A DNA stretch of 64,000 bases from an uncultured Rickettsiales bacterium (GTDB lineage Bacteria; Pseudomonadota; Alphaproteobacteria; Rickettsiales; UBA1997): NCBI GenBank assembly GCA_905478165.1, contig CAJQHK010000004.1, positions 27,557-91,556 of the forward strand, written 5' to 3'. Shown here in pieces: positions 35,711 through 45,606 of the stretch. The notes beneath the pieces were generated by a model. The model saw only the letters and a list, made by a program, of their open reading frames with translations, ran no database searches and was not told the origin of the DNA. Both the position numbers and the translations under genes were made by a program. Within the stretch, counting starts at the first letter, position 1, and the number at the start of each line of letters is the position of its first letter.

Positions 35711-37611
35711 TTAAAATCAAAAATTTGCTTAGCAACCTTGTTGCCTAAATTTTTTACCCTCTTTAAATCCTCTAATGAAGCCTCCTTAATGGAATTAAGG
35801 TCTCCAAAGTGATTTAGTAATAATTTTTTACGAGCAGCGCCAACATTTGGAATTTCATCAAGCTCAGACTTAAACATGGATTTTTTTCTTTTAGCAACAT
35901 GAGTACCAATTGCAAAGCGATGAGCCTCGTCACGAAGATTTTGCAAATAATAAGAAATAGCAGAATTTTTAGGTAAATTAAAATGATGATATTCATTATC
36001 TTGAATTATGTGATAATCTTCTAGACCAGAATTTCTACCAGACCCTTTCGACATACACAAAAAAGGAATTTTAATATTTTGTTTATCAAAAACCTCTTCT
36101 ACCGCTGATAATTGACCTTTTCCACCGTCGATAATTATTAAATTTGGTAAATTTCCCTCTTCATGACTATCAAAATCCTTAAATCTTCTGTAAAACACTT
36201 GTTTTAAAAAATTGGTATCATCTTTTTTTGATAATTCTTCTAACTTTATATTAAATTTACGATAATTACTCTTTACAAAGCCATTTTCAGAAGCAAAGAC
36301 CATAGCGCCAACGACATTTGTGCCAGAAGTATGGCTATTGTCATAAATTTCTATCCTATTTGGGATATGTTTAATTTTTAAAAGAACTTTTAGCTGCAGT
36401 AGTAAATCTGCGATCTTGGTGTCACTTGCGATTTTTTTATCAATTTCTTCCTGTAAAAAGAGTAAATTATCATTAATTAATTGTAATTTCTTACCTTTTT
36501 TAGGATACAATATCTTGACATATCTCCTTCCTCCGAGAGGATTGTGCCTTTCTTGTATTTGAGAAATGCCTACTGAACTAAACTCATTAACGTCTTTATT
36601 GCCATTAAAAGAAGTCTCTAAATTGGATAATAAATTATAGATATCCTCCCTACCCTCTAAATCTATATTGCTAATAATGTTTTTTGGAATTTCATGATTT
36701 TGATAGAACTGACCAATAAAAGCAAAAATAATATCAAAATCGGAGTCATCGAGGTTTATGTTAAAAAAATAAGTTTTATTGCCATAATTATGGCCAAAAC
36801 GATAGAAGGAAATATTAATTGCAACGATATCAGCCTTTCTCATAAATAAAATCATATCCATCTGCCCTATTTCAGCGATACTTATATTCTGCTTAGCCTG
36901 AATGATACTTAAAGACTTGATTCTATCTCGAATTTTTGCCGCCTTCTCAAATTCCAATTCTTCACTATATTTTTTCATTTTCTTAGATAATTCTTCTTGC
37001 AAGTTAGAATTCTTACCCTTTAAAAAATTAATTGCCATTTCTGTCAATTTTTGATATTCTTTTTTCGATATTAAATCGACACATGGTGCGCTACATCTCT
37101 TAATTTCATATTCAAGACAAGGTCTTTTTCGAGATCTAAATTCAGCATCTGAACAGCTCCTAAGTAAAAAAGTCTTCTTTAAGGACTCCATTGACTGACC
37201 AACGGCGTAAATATTAGCAAAAGGTCCAAAATGGTAAGATTTATTATCTTTTAAACCGCGATATTTAAAAATTTTTGGAAAATCTTCATTTTTAGAAATA
37301 GAAATATAAGGAAAAGACTTAGAGTCTTTAAGTAGAATATTATATTTTGGTTTATATTTTTTAATTAAATTACATTCTAAAAGTAAAGCCTCAATTTCGT
37401 TATTAGTTAGAATCATTTCTAGCTTTTCAGCATTTAAGGTCATCTTAGTGATTCTGGTAGTAAGATTTTTGGTATCCAGATAATTTTTAAGACGATTATA
37501 TAGATTTTTTGCCTTACCGATATAAAGAATTTGATCATTTTTGCCAAAAAATTGATAAATTCCAGGTTTTTTAGGAGCTTCTTTGATTCTTTCTCTTAAA
37601 TATTTTTGCAT
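35683..37611 (-). CDS. uvrC: Excinuclease ABC subunit C
   Basis: Features are a GIY-YIG N-terminus (PGIYQFFGKNDQILYIGKAKNLYNR), a UVR domain (ELEFEKAAKIRDRI), an RNase H-like endonuclease domain and a C-terminal HhH. Confidence 0.94.
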   Translation of the reverse strand: MQKYLRERIKEAPKKPGIYQFFGKNDQILYIGKAKNLYNRLKNYLDTKNLTTRITKMTLNAEKLEMILTNNEIEALLLECNLIKKYKPKYNILLKDSKSFPYISISKNEDFPKIFKYRGLKDNKSYHFGPFANIYAVGQSMESLKKTFLLRSCSDAEFRSRKRPCLEYEIKRCSAPCVDLISKKEYQKLTEMAINFLKGKNSNLQEELSKKMKKYSEELEFEKAAKIRDRIKSLSIIQAKQNISIAEIGQMDMILFMRKADIVAINISFYRFGHNYGNKTYFFNINLDDSDFDIIFAFIGQFYQNHEIPKNIISNIDLEGREDIYNLLSNLETSFNGNKDVNEFSSVGISQIQERHNPLGGRRYVKILYPKKGKKLQLINDNLLFLQEEIDKKIASDTKIADLLLQLKVLLKIKHIPNRIEIYDNSHTSGTNVVGAMVFASENGFVKSNYRKFNIKLEELSKKDDTNFLKQVFYRRFKDFDSHEEGNLPNLIIIDGGKGQLSAVEEVFDKQNIKIPFLCMSKGSGRNSGLEDYHIIQDNEYHHFNLPKNSAISYYLQNLRDEAHRFAIGTHVAKRKKSMFKSELDEIPNVGAARKKLLLNHFGDLNSIKEASLEDLKRVKNLGNKVAKQIFDFNIMSKSTLK

Positions 37612-37660
37612 TATAAGTGGGCTTTATAGCATTTCACTGAATAGTTAATAATTATATTTT

Positions 37661-39304
37661 CTAATTTTTAAATCTATTCGTAACTTGATACCTCCGATCT
37701 CCATCAAAAGACATTTTAGAGATTTTTGGACCAATTACCGATTGCCGCCTTTTAAATTCATTATTATAAAATAATTTTACCACTTTTTTAACAATTTCAG
37801 GATTAAAATTTTTACTAATTACCTGCTCTTCAGACATTTGTTCTTCAATTATTAGGTATAAAATTTGATCTAGAATACTATAATCTGGCAAAGAATCAGA
37901 ATCTTTCTGAGACTCCCTGAGTTCAGCGGTAGGCTCTTTTATAATAATATTTTCTGGAATAATATTATCTTTTTGCAACTTAGAGATTATGGGAATATTT
38001 TTATTTCGCCATTTTGATAATTTATAAAGTTCTGTTTTATAGATATCTTTTATTGGGTTATATGCCCCATTCATGTCACCATAAAGAGTAGCGTATCCGG
38101 TTGCTAATTCAGATTTATTTCCAGTTGACAATAGTAAATTACCAAATTTATTAGAAACAGCCATCAATAATAAGCCTCTAATACGTGATTGAATATTTTC
38201 TTCTGTAAAATCGGCATCTTTGCCACCAAAAATTGACTGTAGACTAGATTCCACCTCATTAAAAATATCTTGAATTGGAATCTGCTCTAAATTTATACTT
38301 AAATTATCAGAAAGATTCTTGGCATCAATAAAACTTTGGCTAGAATTATATTTAGAAGGTAAAGCTATCAGCCTTACATTCTTAATCCCCAAAGCATCAG
38401 CGGCAATAGTTGCAACCAAAGCAGAATCAATACCTCCAGAAAGGCCGATAACCACATTTTGAAAATCATTCTTAGAAACATAGTCTCTTAATCCCAAGAT
38501 TAGGGCGCTATAAATTCTCTCCTCCTCTGACATAAAAAATTCACCACTACTATCGATATCAGAATAATCATCAATCTCAATTAAGGCAGAATCCTCCTCA
38601 AACTCCTTCAAAGATAATACTAACTCATTATCTTTGCCGATTACAAAAGAGGAGCCATCAAAAATTAAAGAATCATTGCCTCCTACCTGATTGAGATAAA
38701 TAATATTTTTTTGTAAATTCTGATTAAATTTTTTAACTCTATCGATTCTTGTTAGCAATTTATTATGTTCAAAGGGTGAAGAGTTGATAGAAATTATTAG
38801 ATCAATTTCTTGCTCAATTAATAAAAATGAATTCTTTAAATTCCAAATATCTTCACAAATAAGAACTGCTATATTTAGACCTCTGAATTTTATATTTTTT
38901 AGATTATTGGATGCTGTAAAATATCTCTTTTCGTCAAAAACGCCGTGATTTGGAAGTTCTTTTTTATGAAACAGCTCTTTTATGAAACCATTCTCAATTA
39001 AAATAGCCGAATTAAATAATGCTGCAGATCCATATTTATCAAATATTCTAACAGGAGACCCAATTAATATTGCAGCTTTCTTACTTTTGGTGTGGTCAGC
39101 TAGTAATTTAATTTTACCTTCTATTTTATCCAAAAAATAACCTTTTAGCAGTAAATCTTCTGGAGGATAGCCAGAAATAGCTAATTCTGAAAATATTACT
39201 AAATCTGAGGAATTTTGATGTTTTGAGTAAAAATCAATAATTTTTTTACAGTTTTTATCTAAATCACCAATAGTAAAATTAAGTTGTGCTAATTGTATAT
39301 GCAT
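37661..39304 (-). CDS. nadE: Glutamine-dependent NAD+ synthetase
   Basis: An N-terminal CN-hydrolase domain (IFSELAISGYPPEDL, ICEDIW) is followed by a C-terminal NAD synthase domain (GLSGGIDSALVA). Confidence 0.92.
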   Translation of the reverse strand: MHIQLAQLNFTIGDLDKNCKKIIDFYSKHQNSSDLVIFSELAISGYPPEDLLLKGYFLDKIEGKIKLLADHTKSKKAAILIGSPVRIFDKYGSAALFNSAILIENGFIKELFHKKELPNHGVFDEKRYFTASNNLKNIKFRGLNIAVLICEDIWNLKNSFLLIEQEIDLIISINSSPFEHNKLLTRIDRVKKFNQNLQKNIIYLNQVGGNDSLIFDGSSFVIGKDNELVLSLKEFEEDSALIEIDDYSDIDSSGEFFMSEEERIYSALILGLRDYVSKNDFQNVVIGLSGGIDSALVATIAADALGIKNVRLIALPSKYNSSQSFIDAKNLSDNLSINLEQIPIQDIFNEVESSLQSIFGGKDADFTEENIQSRIRGLLLMAVSNKFGNLLLSTGNKSELATGYATLYGDMNGAYNPIKDIYKTELYKLSKWRNKNIPIISKLQKDNIIPENIIIKEPTAELRESQKDSDSLPDYSILDQILYLIIEEQMSEEQVISKNFNPEIVKKVVKLFYNNEFKRRQSVIGPKISKMSFDGDRRYQVTNRFKN

Positions 39305-39316
39305 TATTTAATGATT

Positions 39317-40477
39317 CTAAAACTCTTTAAAATAAGAAAACATTGTGTAAAAAGATCTGTACTCAATATTATTTTCTTTAGCGCCTATCCTACTGACTCC
39401 GACCTTCATATTATCACTAATTCTATATCCAATATTATATTCTATATATTTATCAGAAATTTTATTACCAGTTTCGGTGATATTTTTTTGAAAATGAGAT
39501 GTGGAAAAACTCCAACTATTGTAATTAAAATAGATTGAGGCGATCTGATGCAATGAATCGACACCCCTCCCACCATTCACGTTATTAGTTTTTACGATCT
39601 CATAAGATGGTATGATAGATGTGTTTCTGCCTATATTAAATAAATATTCAAAATTAGAGATATAGCCACTCTCCTCAGATAGATCGCTACTATTAACATC
39701 TATTTTTTTATAAGCAAAATGATAAGATAAATCCTGTAAATACAAAAAATTCTTACCAGACAATTTAACAACATAAGAAGATAGACTACCAGTATTTCCA
39801 GAAACCTTATAGAGTCTTTTATTTTTACCCCTCTTGTTGATAGCGCTATTACTTAGATCGGTATTATCGTTAAAAAACGGATAAAATGACAACTCACTAT
39901 TCTCAAATAAGGCTGTAATACCAACGCCTATCTTTTCTCTAATTTGATAATCTCTACCAAAAAATACTGTAAATATAGATGATCTTTTTTTCTTATTCCA
40001 AGAATTGCCAAAATGAGGATTGTACTTTCCTACAAAAAATATTAGATCTTCATTTTTAAAACTTAACTTCAACTCTTCAATAAACAAAGACTCGTCATCG
40101 ACAGAGATTTGGCGATCTTCCAGAGATATTATTGGATTATATACTTTCCTATTTAAATAATGATTTTTACCGGTTTTACGAGACTGCCAAAGGGTCTCAA
40201 CAGACCAATTACGATTAATACTAAGTTTTAAATCAGACTGGGATTCTAATATAGAATTATATTTTTTTATATTCTTATTGTCCTTACTAGACAATTTATC
40301 AATTCCTAAGTTAATCACTAAATCACCAGATATTTTAGGATATGAGTCGTTAGAATAGCTATTTAAAGAAAAAAAACACAAAACTAACCCTAACATTAAA
40401 TAGCTAACCACAAAAATAATGTTGGAAAGAAAATCATTACTATCACTTCTAAAGTTACGCTTATTATTTAAAGTCAT
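39317..40477 (-). CDS. Hypothetical outer-membrane beta-barrel protein
   Basis: It has an N-terminal hydrophobic leader, alternating-residue strands rich in Y/S/N/G, and a terminal aromatic residue (..MFSYFKEF) typical of BAM substrates. Confidence 0.5.
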   Translation of the reverse strand: MTLNNKRNFRSDSNDFLSNIIFVVSYLMLGLVLCFFSLNSYSNDSYPKISGDLVINLGIDKLSSKDNKNIKKYNSILESQSDLKLSINRNWSVETLWQSRKTGKNHYLNRKVYNPIISLEDRQISVDDESLFIEELKLSFKNEDLIFFVGKYNPHFGNSWNKKKRSSIFTVFFGRDYQIREKIGVGITALFENSELSFYPFFNDNTDLSNSAINKRGKNKRLYKVSGNTGSLSSYVVKLSGKNFLYLQDLSYHFAYKKIDVNSSDLSEESGYISNFEYLFNIGRNTSIIPSYEIVKTNNVNGGRGVDSLHQIASIYFNYNSWSFSTSHFQKNITETGNKISDKYIEYNIGYRISDNMKVGVSRIGAKENNIEYRSFYTMFSYFKEF

Positions 40478-40537
40478 TCTAAAATATATTTATAGTTTAA
40501 TTATGAGGCTAATGTAGTCATAACATTATAATGATTA

Positions 40538-42316
40538 CTATCCTTCGTTAATTTTTACCGGCAAAACTGTTGTTACTTCAGTACCTCTACCTTCTATACT
40601 CTGAATTAGAACCTCACCACCATGTAATTTAATAAAATATTTAGTAAGGTATAAGCCTATTCCAGTTCCTGATATCTTTAAAGTATTCTTAGCTCTAAAA
40701 AATTTTTTACCCACTTTCTTTAATTCATCCTTCGGTATTCCCATACCACTATCTACCACCTTAATTAAAACTTTACCTTCTACTTTAGTTCCCAAAATTT
40801 TAACAACAGAATTTTCTGGAGAATATTTAACAGCATTACCTATAATATTAGTAAGGCAATGATCCAGCATTTTTTCATCCGCAAGATACTCGTCTGGCAA
40901 CTTATCAATATTGACCTGAATATCAATATTTTTCTTTACATAGATTTCTTTATTTTGTTCTATTATATTGTAAATAAGATCTTTAATTGAAACAGATTCT
41001 ATGTTTGGATCTAAATCTCCATCACTCATTGCAATCTGAGAAAGATCAAGGGTGCTGCTAATTAAATTGTGTAACCTTAAAATTGCATTTTTAATTTTTA
41101 ACAGATCTACTCCCCCCTTTTCAACAGTTAGTGTATTACCCCTCAACCTTCTTAATAAAATTTCTCTAGAAGAGTCAATGATTTGTAAAGGTGTTTTAAA
41201 TTCGTGCGAAGCCATGGCAATAAATTCATTTTGAATCATGCGCATTTTTTTCTCCTCATTCAATGAACTCTTAAGAGCTATGCTTTTTTTCAACAATTCT
41301 CTGTTAGATTCCATAACCTTGTCAAGATATATTGATTTTTGAATAGCAACAGATAGTTGATTTGATATTGTACTTATTATTTCAACCTCCTCATTGTTCC
41401 ATTTTTTAATACTGCCCTGATGCAAAAATAAACCCATATTTAAATTATCATCAATTGGAGTCGATAAGCAAAATTGTGAAGCAATGCGAAACTTGCTACA
41501 GATATCTTTTATATCATAAAATACCTCATCATGATTAACGTCCTCGACTATTACATTTTCCGTCTCCTTGGACACAAAGAGTTTAGGAAATACACTATTA
41601 TGGAAATTAAAATACCTCTTAACTACCTTAAATCTATCATTTACATCAGGGCAATTTACGATGGAAGGAATATCGTCACCACAAAATTCACAAATTAGAT
41701 TAACATCCTGACCATTAAACTGACATAAAATTGCCCTATCAATCTTAAAATTATTACACAAAGCCTTTAATGCCTTATAAGATATTTCACTAATAGGCTC
41801 ATCCCTTAACATCAGGTCACTTGAGACTCTAAGTAATTTTTCACTTCTCAAGACTCTTTCTAAATTGTGAACTAAACCCCTATGCCCTAATGAAGTTTTT
41901 TTACTTGAAATTTCGACAGAATTACCGCTAGAAGAAAGGGAAAATAAGCAATACTTACTATTATATTTAGATATGGAGTCAAAATTAACTTCAAACCTTT
42001 CTGGCTGATCATTGATGTTATAAAAATCTAAAAAAAAATTTAATTTTGATAATTTTACAATATTTTTAGAAATATTGTTATATTCAGCGATATGAGTTAG
42101 ATTATCATCATCATGATCTAATATAGAGTCAAAACCTTCACCAATAATATTGTCAGGATCATAGCCAAAATAGTCAGTAAACTTTTGACTTAGGTATATG
42201 ATTTCAATAAAGTATGGGTTGTCATTATTGATTCTGCACAATAAGCATATTTTTTTATTCTGCTCAACCTCTTTAAATAAATCTTGTTCTAAAATATCAC
42301 GATTCTCACTATCCAT
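40538..42316 (-). CDS. Cytoplasmic sensor histidine kinase (PAS-like and GAF-like N-terminus, HisKA, HATPase_c)
   Basis: H-box MASHEFKTPLQII, N-box NIIGNAVKYSP, G1 DSGMGIP and G2 GTGIGLYL are present. No TM segments are seen and no adjacent response regulator. Confidence 0.85.
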   Translation of the reverse strand: MDSENRDILEQDLFKEVEQNKKICLLCRINNDNPYFIEIIYLSQKFTDYFGYDPDNIIGEGFDSILDHDDDNLTHIAEYNNISKNIVKLSKLNFFLDFYNINDQPERFEVNFDSISKYNSKYCLFSLSSSGNSVEISSKKTSLGHRGLVHNLERVLRSEKLLRVSSDLMLRDEPISEISYKALKALCNNFKIDRAILCQFNGQDVNLICEFCGDDIPSIVNCPDVNDRFKVVKRYFNFHNSVFPKLFVSKETENVIVEDVNHDEVFYDIKDICSKFRIASQFCLSTPIDDNLNMGLFLHQGSIKKWNNEEVEIISTISNQLSVAIQKSIYLDKVMESNRELLKKSIALKSSLNEEKKMRMIQNEFIAMASHEFKTPLQIIDSSREILLRRLRGNTLTVEKGGVDLLKIKNAILRLHNLISSTLDLSQIAMSDGDLDPNIESVSIKDLIYNIIEQNKEIYVKKNIDIQVNIDKLPDEYLADEKMLDHCLTNIIGNAVKYSPENSVVKILGTKVEGKVLIKVVDSGMGIPKDELKKVGKKFFRAKNTLKISGTGIGLYLTKYFIKLHGGEVLIQSIEGRGTEVTTVLPVKINEG

Positions 42317-42370
42317 TGATAAATTTTTTTAATGTTAATTTAGTATTTCTCGTGATAATTGTATTGCAGC

Positions 42371-42540
42371 ATTTCCCATTTATAATGCATTATGTAGAAA
42401 AAATATTTTCATGTTAAAATTGTCAAAAAACGACCGCCATATGTTAATGGGTATAAGTCTTTTTGGTAGTTATAAGCTTAAAAGAAGAAGCTAGATCATA
42501 ATATTGTTTACTCGGTGTTATAGATAAGAAATGGTGTTAC
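42371..42540 (+). repeat. Family A repeat, copy A2 (abuts or overlaps the stop of the 42537..43745 gene)
   Basis: ATTTCCCATTTATAATGCATTATGTAGAAAAAATATTTTCATGTTAAAATTGTCAAAAAACGACCGCCATATGTTAATGGGTATAAGTCTTTTTGGTAGTTATAAGCTTAAAAGAAGAAGCTAGATCATA...CTCGGTGTTATAGATAAGAAATGGTGTTA aligns with A1 and A3. Confidence 0.7.
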
Positions 42541-43745
42541 CTCCTCATATTATAAAATAAATCTAAAATTGTAAATCTATTTCTAATTAAGTTAGCATTT
42601 TTTACAGCTTCCAAATATATATCTTCACTTAAACCAATATCGCAATATTTTTGAGGTAAGGAAAAGTGATTTGATATTTGTAATATCTTATCATGAGACA
42701 TAAAGTTCCTAGAAAGCTTCGAGGTTAAGCTTTGAAAATCCTTTAGCTTACTATTAATTATCTTAGATCTCTCTTGATTAATAATTTTACTACTAAATTC
42801 ACTCCAAAAATATATAGCTAAATCCTCATTAAATATTTTTTTAAAATAGTTAAAATTAATGTCCGAAACCTTGGTTTGAAAATTTAATAAATTCAAAAAC
42901 TCTTCCTGCATTTTAGCTATAATCAGGCTAGTAATAGCAATTTGCTCACCATGCAAAGATTTTTCCATTATTTTTGGATATTTAATTTCTAAATAATGAG
43001 CTATCAGATGTTCAGATTGACTTGCTGGATAACTTCCCCCTGAAATTGCCATAGAAATACCAGAGTTAATAAGAATTTTAGCTAATAAAGTAATGAACTC
43101 CTTATCATTAATTTTACCATCATAATTTAATAATTTTTGATATAGATTGCTGACCAAATCAAAAGCTTCTACATTATAATGAGTATCAAGAAGTAGGTGA
43201 GATAAAAGCCAGTCAAATCTGCAAGTTGAAATACAGATACTGTCACCTATTCCAGCACGAATCATTCTTTCTGGAGAATTGATTAAAAGATCAAGATCAA
43301 AATAAATTGCAATTGGTAAATGTGCCAAAAGAGAATTTTTTCTACCAGAGGTAATTATTGAAGCATTTTTAGAAGCGTAGCCATTCATGGATACAGCGCT
43401 GGCAAAAATAATATATGGAATATTATTTCTATAGCTAGAAATCTTACACAAATCATTGATAGTACCAGAACCAAAGCCAACAGTAGCTTTTTTATTACAA
43501 GATTTGGTGATAATTTTTGCAATAGACTCTTCGTCAGGCTTTGGATTATCTAAGATTACTAGATCAATATTTAATGGAAGAAGATTTTTAATTTGAGGAT
43601 AGATATTTTGATCAGTAACAATCAAAATATCCTCTAAATCTAAATTAAATTTTTTAAGAATTTGGGTAAAATTAACGATCAAATTATGATCAATGATTAT
43701 CTCATTAATTGTAATTTGATGTTTTTCTAAAAGATTATTAAACAA
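42537..43745 (-). CDS. Iron-containing alcohol dehydrogenase superfamily protein (Fe-ADH_2; glycerol-1-phosphate dehydrogenase AraM/EgsA-like)
   Basis: VGFGSGTINDLCKISS...PYIIFASAVSMNGYASKNASI matches the G1PDH-type GGG..D.aK...P.i.vPT.aS.DG..S motif. Putative metal ligands lie in GIGDSICIS, SEHLIAHYLE and HGEQIA. Confidence 0.55.
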   Translation of the reverse strand: MFNNLLEKHQITINEIIIDHNLIVNFTQILKKFNLDLEDILIVTDQNIYPQIKNLLPLNIDLVILDNPKPDEESIAKIITKSCNKKATVGFGSGTINDLCKISSYRNNIPYIIFASAVSMNGYASKNASIITSGRKNSLLAHLPIAIYFDLDLLINSPERMIRAGIGDSICISTCRFDWLLSHLLLDTHYNVEAFDLVSNLYQKLLNYDGKINDKEFITLLAKILINSGISMAISGGSYPASQSEHLIAHYLEIKYPKIMEKSLHGEQIAITSLIIAKMQEEFLNLLNFQTKVSDINFNYFKKIFNEDLAIYFWSEFSSKIINQERSKIINSKLKDFQSLTSKLSRNFMSHDKILQISNHFSLPQKYCDIGLSEDIYLEAVKNANLIRNRFTILDLFYNMRR

Positions 43746-43754
43746 TTATTAAGT

Positions 43755-44954
43755 TTAGAAATTTTTCTTTAAACCAAAAGAAAAGATGTTAACTTGAGTT
43801 CTATATTTAACACTTAACCCTTTATTATCAACATTAACATTTTCATAAAATTGATGTACATAAGATGCGTCTAGAGATAAATCATTACCAAAATCATAAT
43901 TAATACCCGTACTTAACCAATAGACATCACCAGTTGGAACGTCAGCAGTTCTGTATTGATCATCAGGGGCGTTGGTCTCAAAAGCGGTGCCAAACCTCAC
44001 CAATAACTCGTCATTATATTGATAATCACCACCTAAACTATACATAAAAGTATCGTGCCAATTATAGGTGAGAGGGAAAAGAGATTCGTTAGTTCCTGAA
44101 TCCTTAAGATCAAACTCTTTTTGTCTTGACCATCTAGTCCAAACAATGTCAGACATCAAGTTAAGCTTGTCATTTAGATCATATTTAGCCCCTATTATAG
44201 CCGATTCAGGAGTGGAAATTTTAAGCACACCATCATTATACTTATTAGATGCTGGCACTTGAAATGTGCCATTTAATTCATACTTAACTTTAGAATTATA
44301 ACTCAATCCTAAATCTAATTTTTTAGTTAAATCATAATTTAAACCCAAACTGTAACCATAACCCCAATCAGAACCCTTATATTTTGCTGTGTTGACGTAA
44401 TATTTGTGAATTAAGGATTTGGTAAATTGCATTTTTTGAGCATTAACGCCAAATCCAAGAGATAATTCATCAGTTAATTTTTGAGATATATTAACTCCTA
44501 AATTAATAGTTTTAATCTCAGTGTCATTGGTCAATTTAACACCAGGCCAATCACTGTTATATTCAGTTGCAAGACCAAAAGGTGAATTTACTAAAAATCC
44601 AATAGTGGTTTTTTCAGCAATTGGAGATGAAAAATAAAATGATGGGATAATGGGGTTAATACCCGCATCACCAACTTCACCAGATGCGCTATTTGGATCG
44701 CCACCCATAGTTTCATTCTCTGGATCAATATCTACATCTAAATAAGCAACAGAAGCAATAAATTGCTTTTTATCAAATTTTGATAAAATTGCAGGATTTA
44801 TATACATATTACTAATATCATGAGCGCCAGTTGCAGATCCAGCATACGAAGTTGCCAGTGCCGAACTTGATGTCGAGTTAGTTGAGTAGCCTGCAGCTAA
44901 TGCATTAGAAGAAATTAAGGCCAAAGAAGCTATAAGAAGCGCTTTATTTTTCAT
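43755..44954 (-). CDS. fadL: Outer-membrane hydrophobic-compound transporter, FadL/OMPP1/TodX family
   Basis: A signal peptide is followed by AAGYSTNSTSSSALATSYAGSATGAHDISNMYINPAIL (the FadL N-terminal hatch signature). The protein has a beta-barrel pattern and ends in F. Confidence 0.8.
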   Translation of the reverse strand: MKNKALLIASLALISSNALAAGYSTNSTSSSALATSYAGSATGAHDISNMYINPAILSKFDKKQFIASVAYLDVDIDPENETMGGDPNSASGEVGDAGINPIIPSFYFSSPIAEKTTIGFLVNSPFGLATEYNSDWPGVKLTNDTEIKTINLGVNISQKLTDELSLGFGVNAQKMQFTKSLIHKYYVNTAKYKGSDWGYGYSLGLNYDLTKKLDLGLSYNSKVKYELNGTFQVPASNKYNDGVLKISTPESAIIGAKYDLNDKLNLMSDIVWTRWSRQKEFDLKDSGTNESLFPLTYNWHDTFMYSLGGDYQYNDELLVRFGTAFETNAPDDQYRTADVPTGDVYWLSTGINYDFGNDLSLDASYVHQFYENVNVDNKGLSVKYRTQVNIFSFGLKKNF

Positions 44955-45010
44955 AATAGTTAAATTTAATTATAGTGTCGTTTAATATCAATTCACATAT
45001 AAGAAATAAC

Positions 45011-45106
45011 ATAATCTGGATTTATCTTTTAAGTCTGTAATTACCAAAAAGTTTTTTAGCAATTTTAACCTTAAAATATTTTGCCACATAATGCATTACG
45101 GATAGG
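45011..45106 (-). repeat. Family A repeat, copy A5 (inverted, central loop deleted)
   Basis: The reverse complement AATGCATTATGTGGCAAAATATTTTAAGGTTAAAATTGCTAAAAAACTTTTTGGTAATTACAGACTTAAAAGATAAATCCAGATTAT joins both A arms directly, without the loop. Confidence 0.65.
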
Positions 45107-45606
45107 AATTGACATAATATTCCAAAAACTACACAATGTCAATATAGTTATCAACTCAAACTTATCAAGTATTTTGTTATTAATAGTAACAAATCCAATA
45201 AAAATCTTTTCTCAACCGTTATTGCTAATTAATGATCTTACAAAAATTCTTAAAAACTGTAAAAAACTAATATCAATTCCTACCTTTAAATATACAAGTT
45301 AAAACAGCTTTTTTCTTTTAGATTTTGCTTTTAGTCACAATCATGTTTTAAGTTATTTATGAATTAAAAACAAAATCTAAAAAAACAGTAAGAGTTGACG
45401 CCACTTCTTTACAACTCATCAATGAGGGGATAACAACCTTATTTCAGCACCTTTTGCATTACAAATTACACAATCTATCTAAAATTTTGATAATTTTATT
45501 ATTGAGTCCATATTGTACCCCTTAACAATATAATCATCTATATCATCATTGATAATCTTCACTGTGATATCCTTACTATCATTGAGGAAAGAAGCAATAA
45601 TTGGCA

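Noticed and set aside
45081-45302. 73-aa ORF downstream of fadL
   Set aside because: It begins inside repeat copy A5 and is hydrophobic, low-complexity and AT-driven. It has no start context or homology signal.
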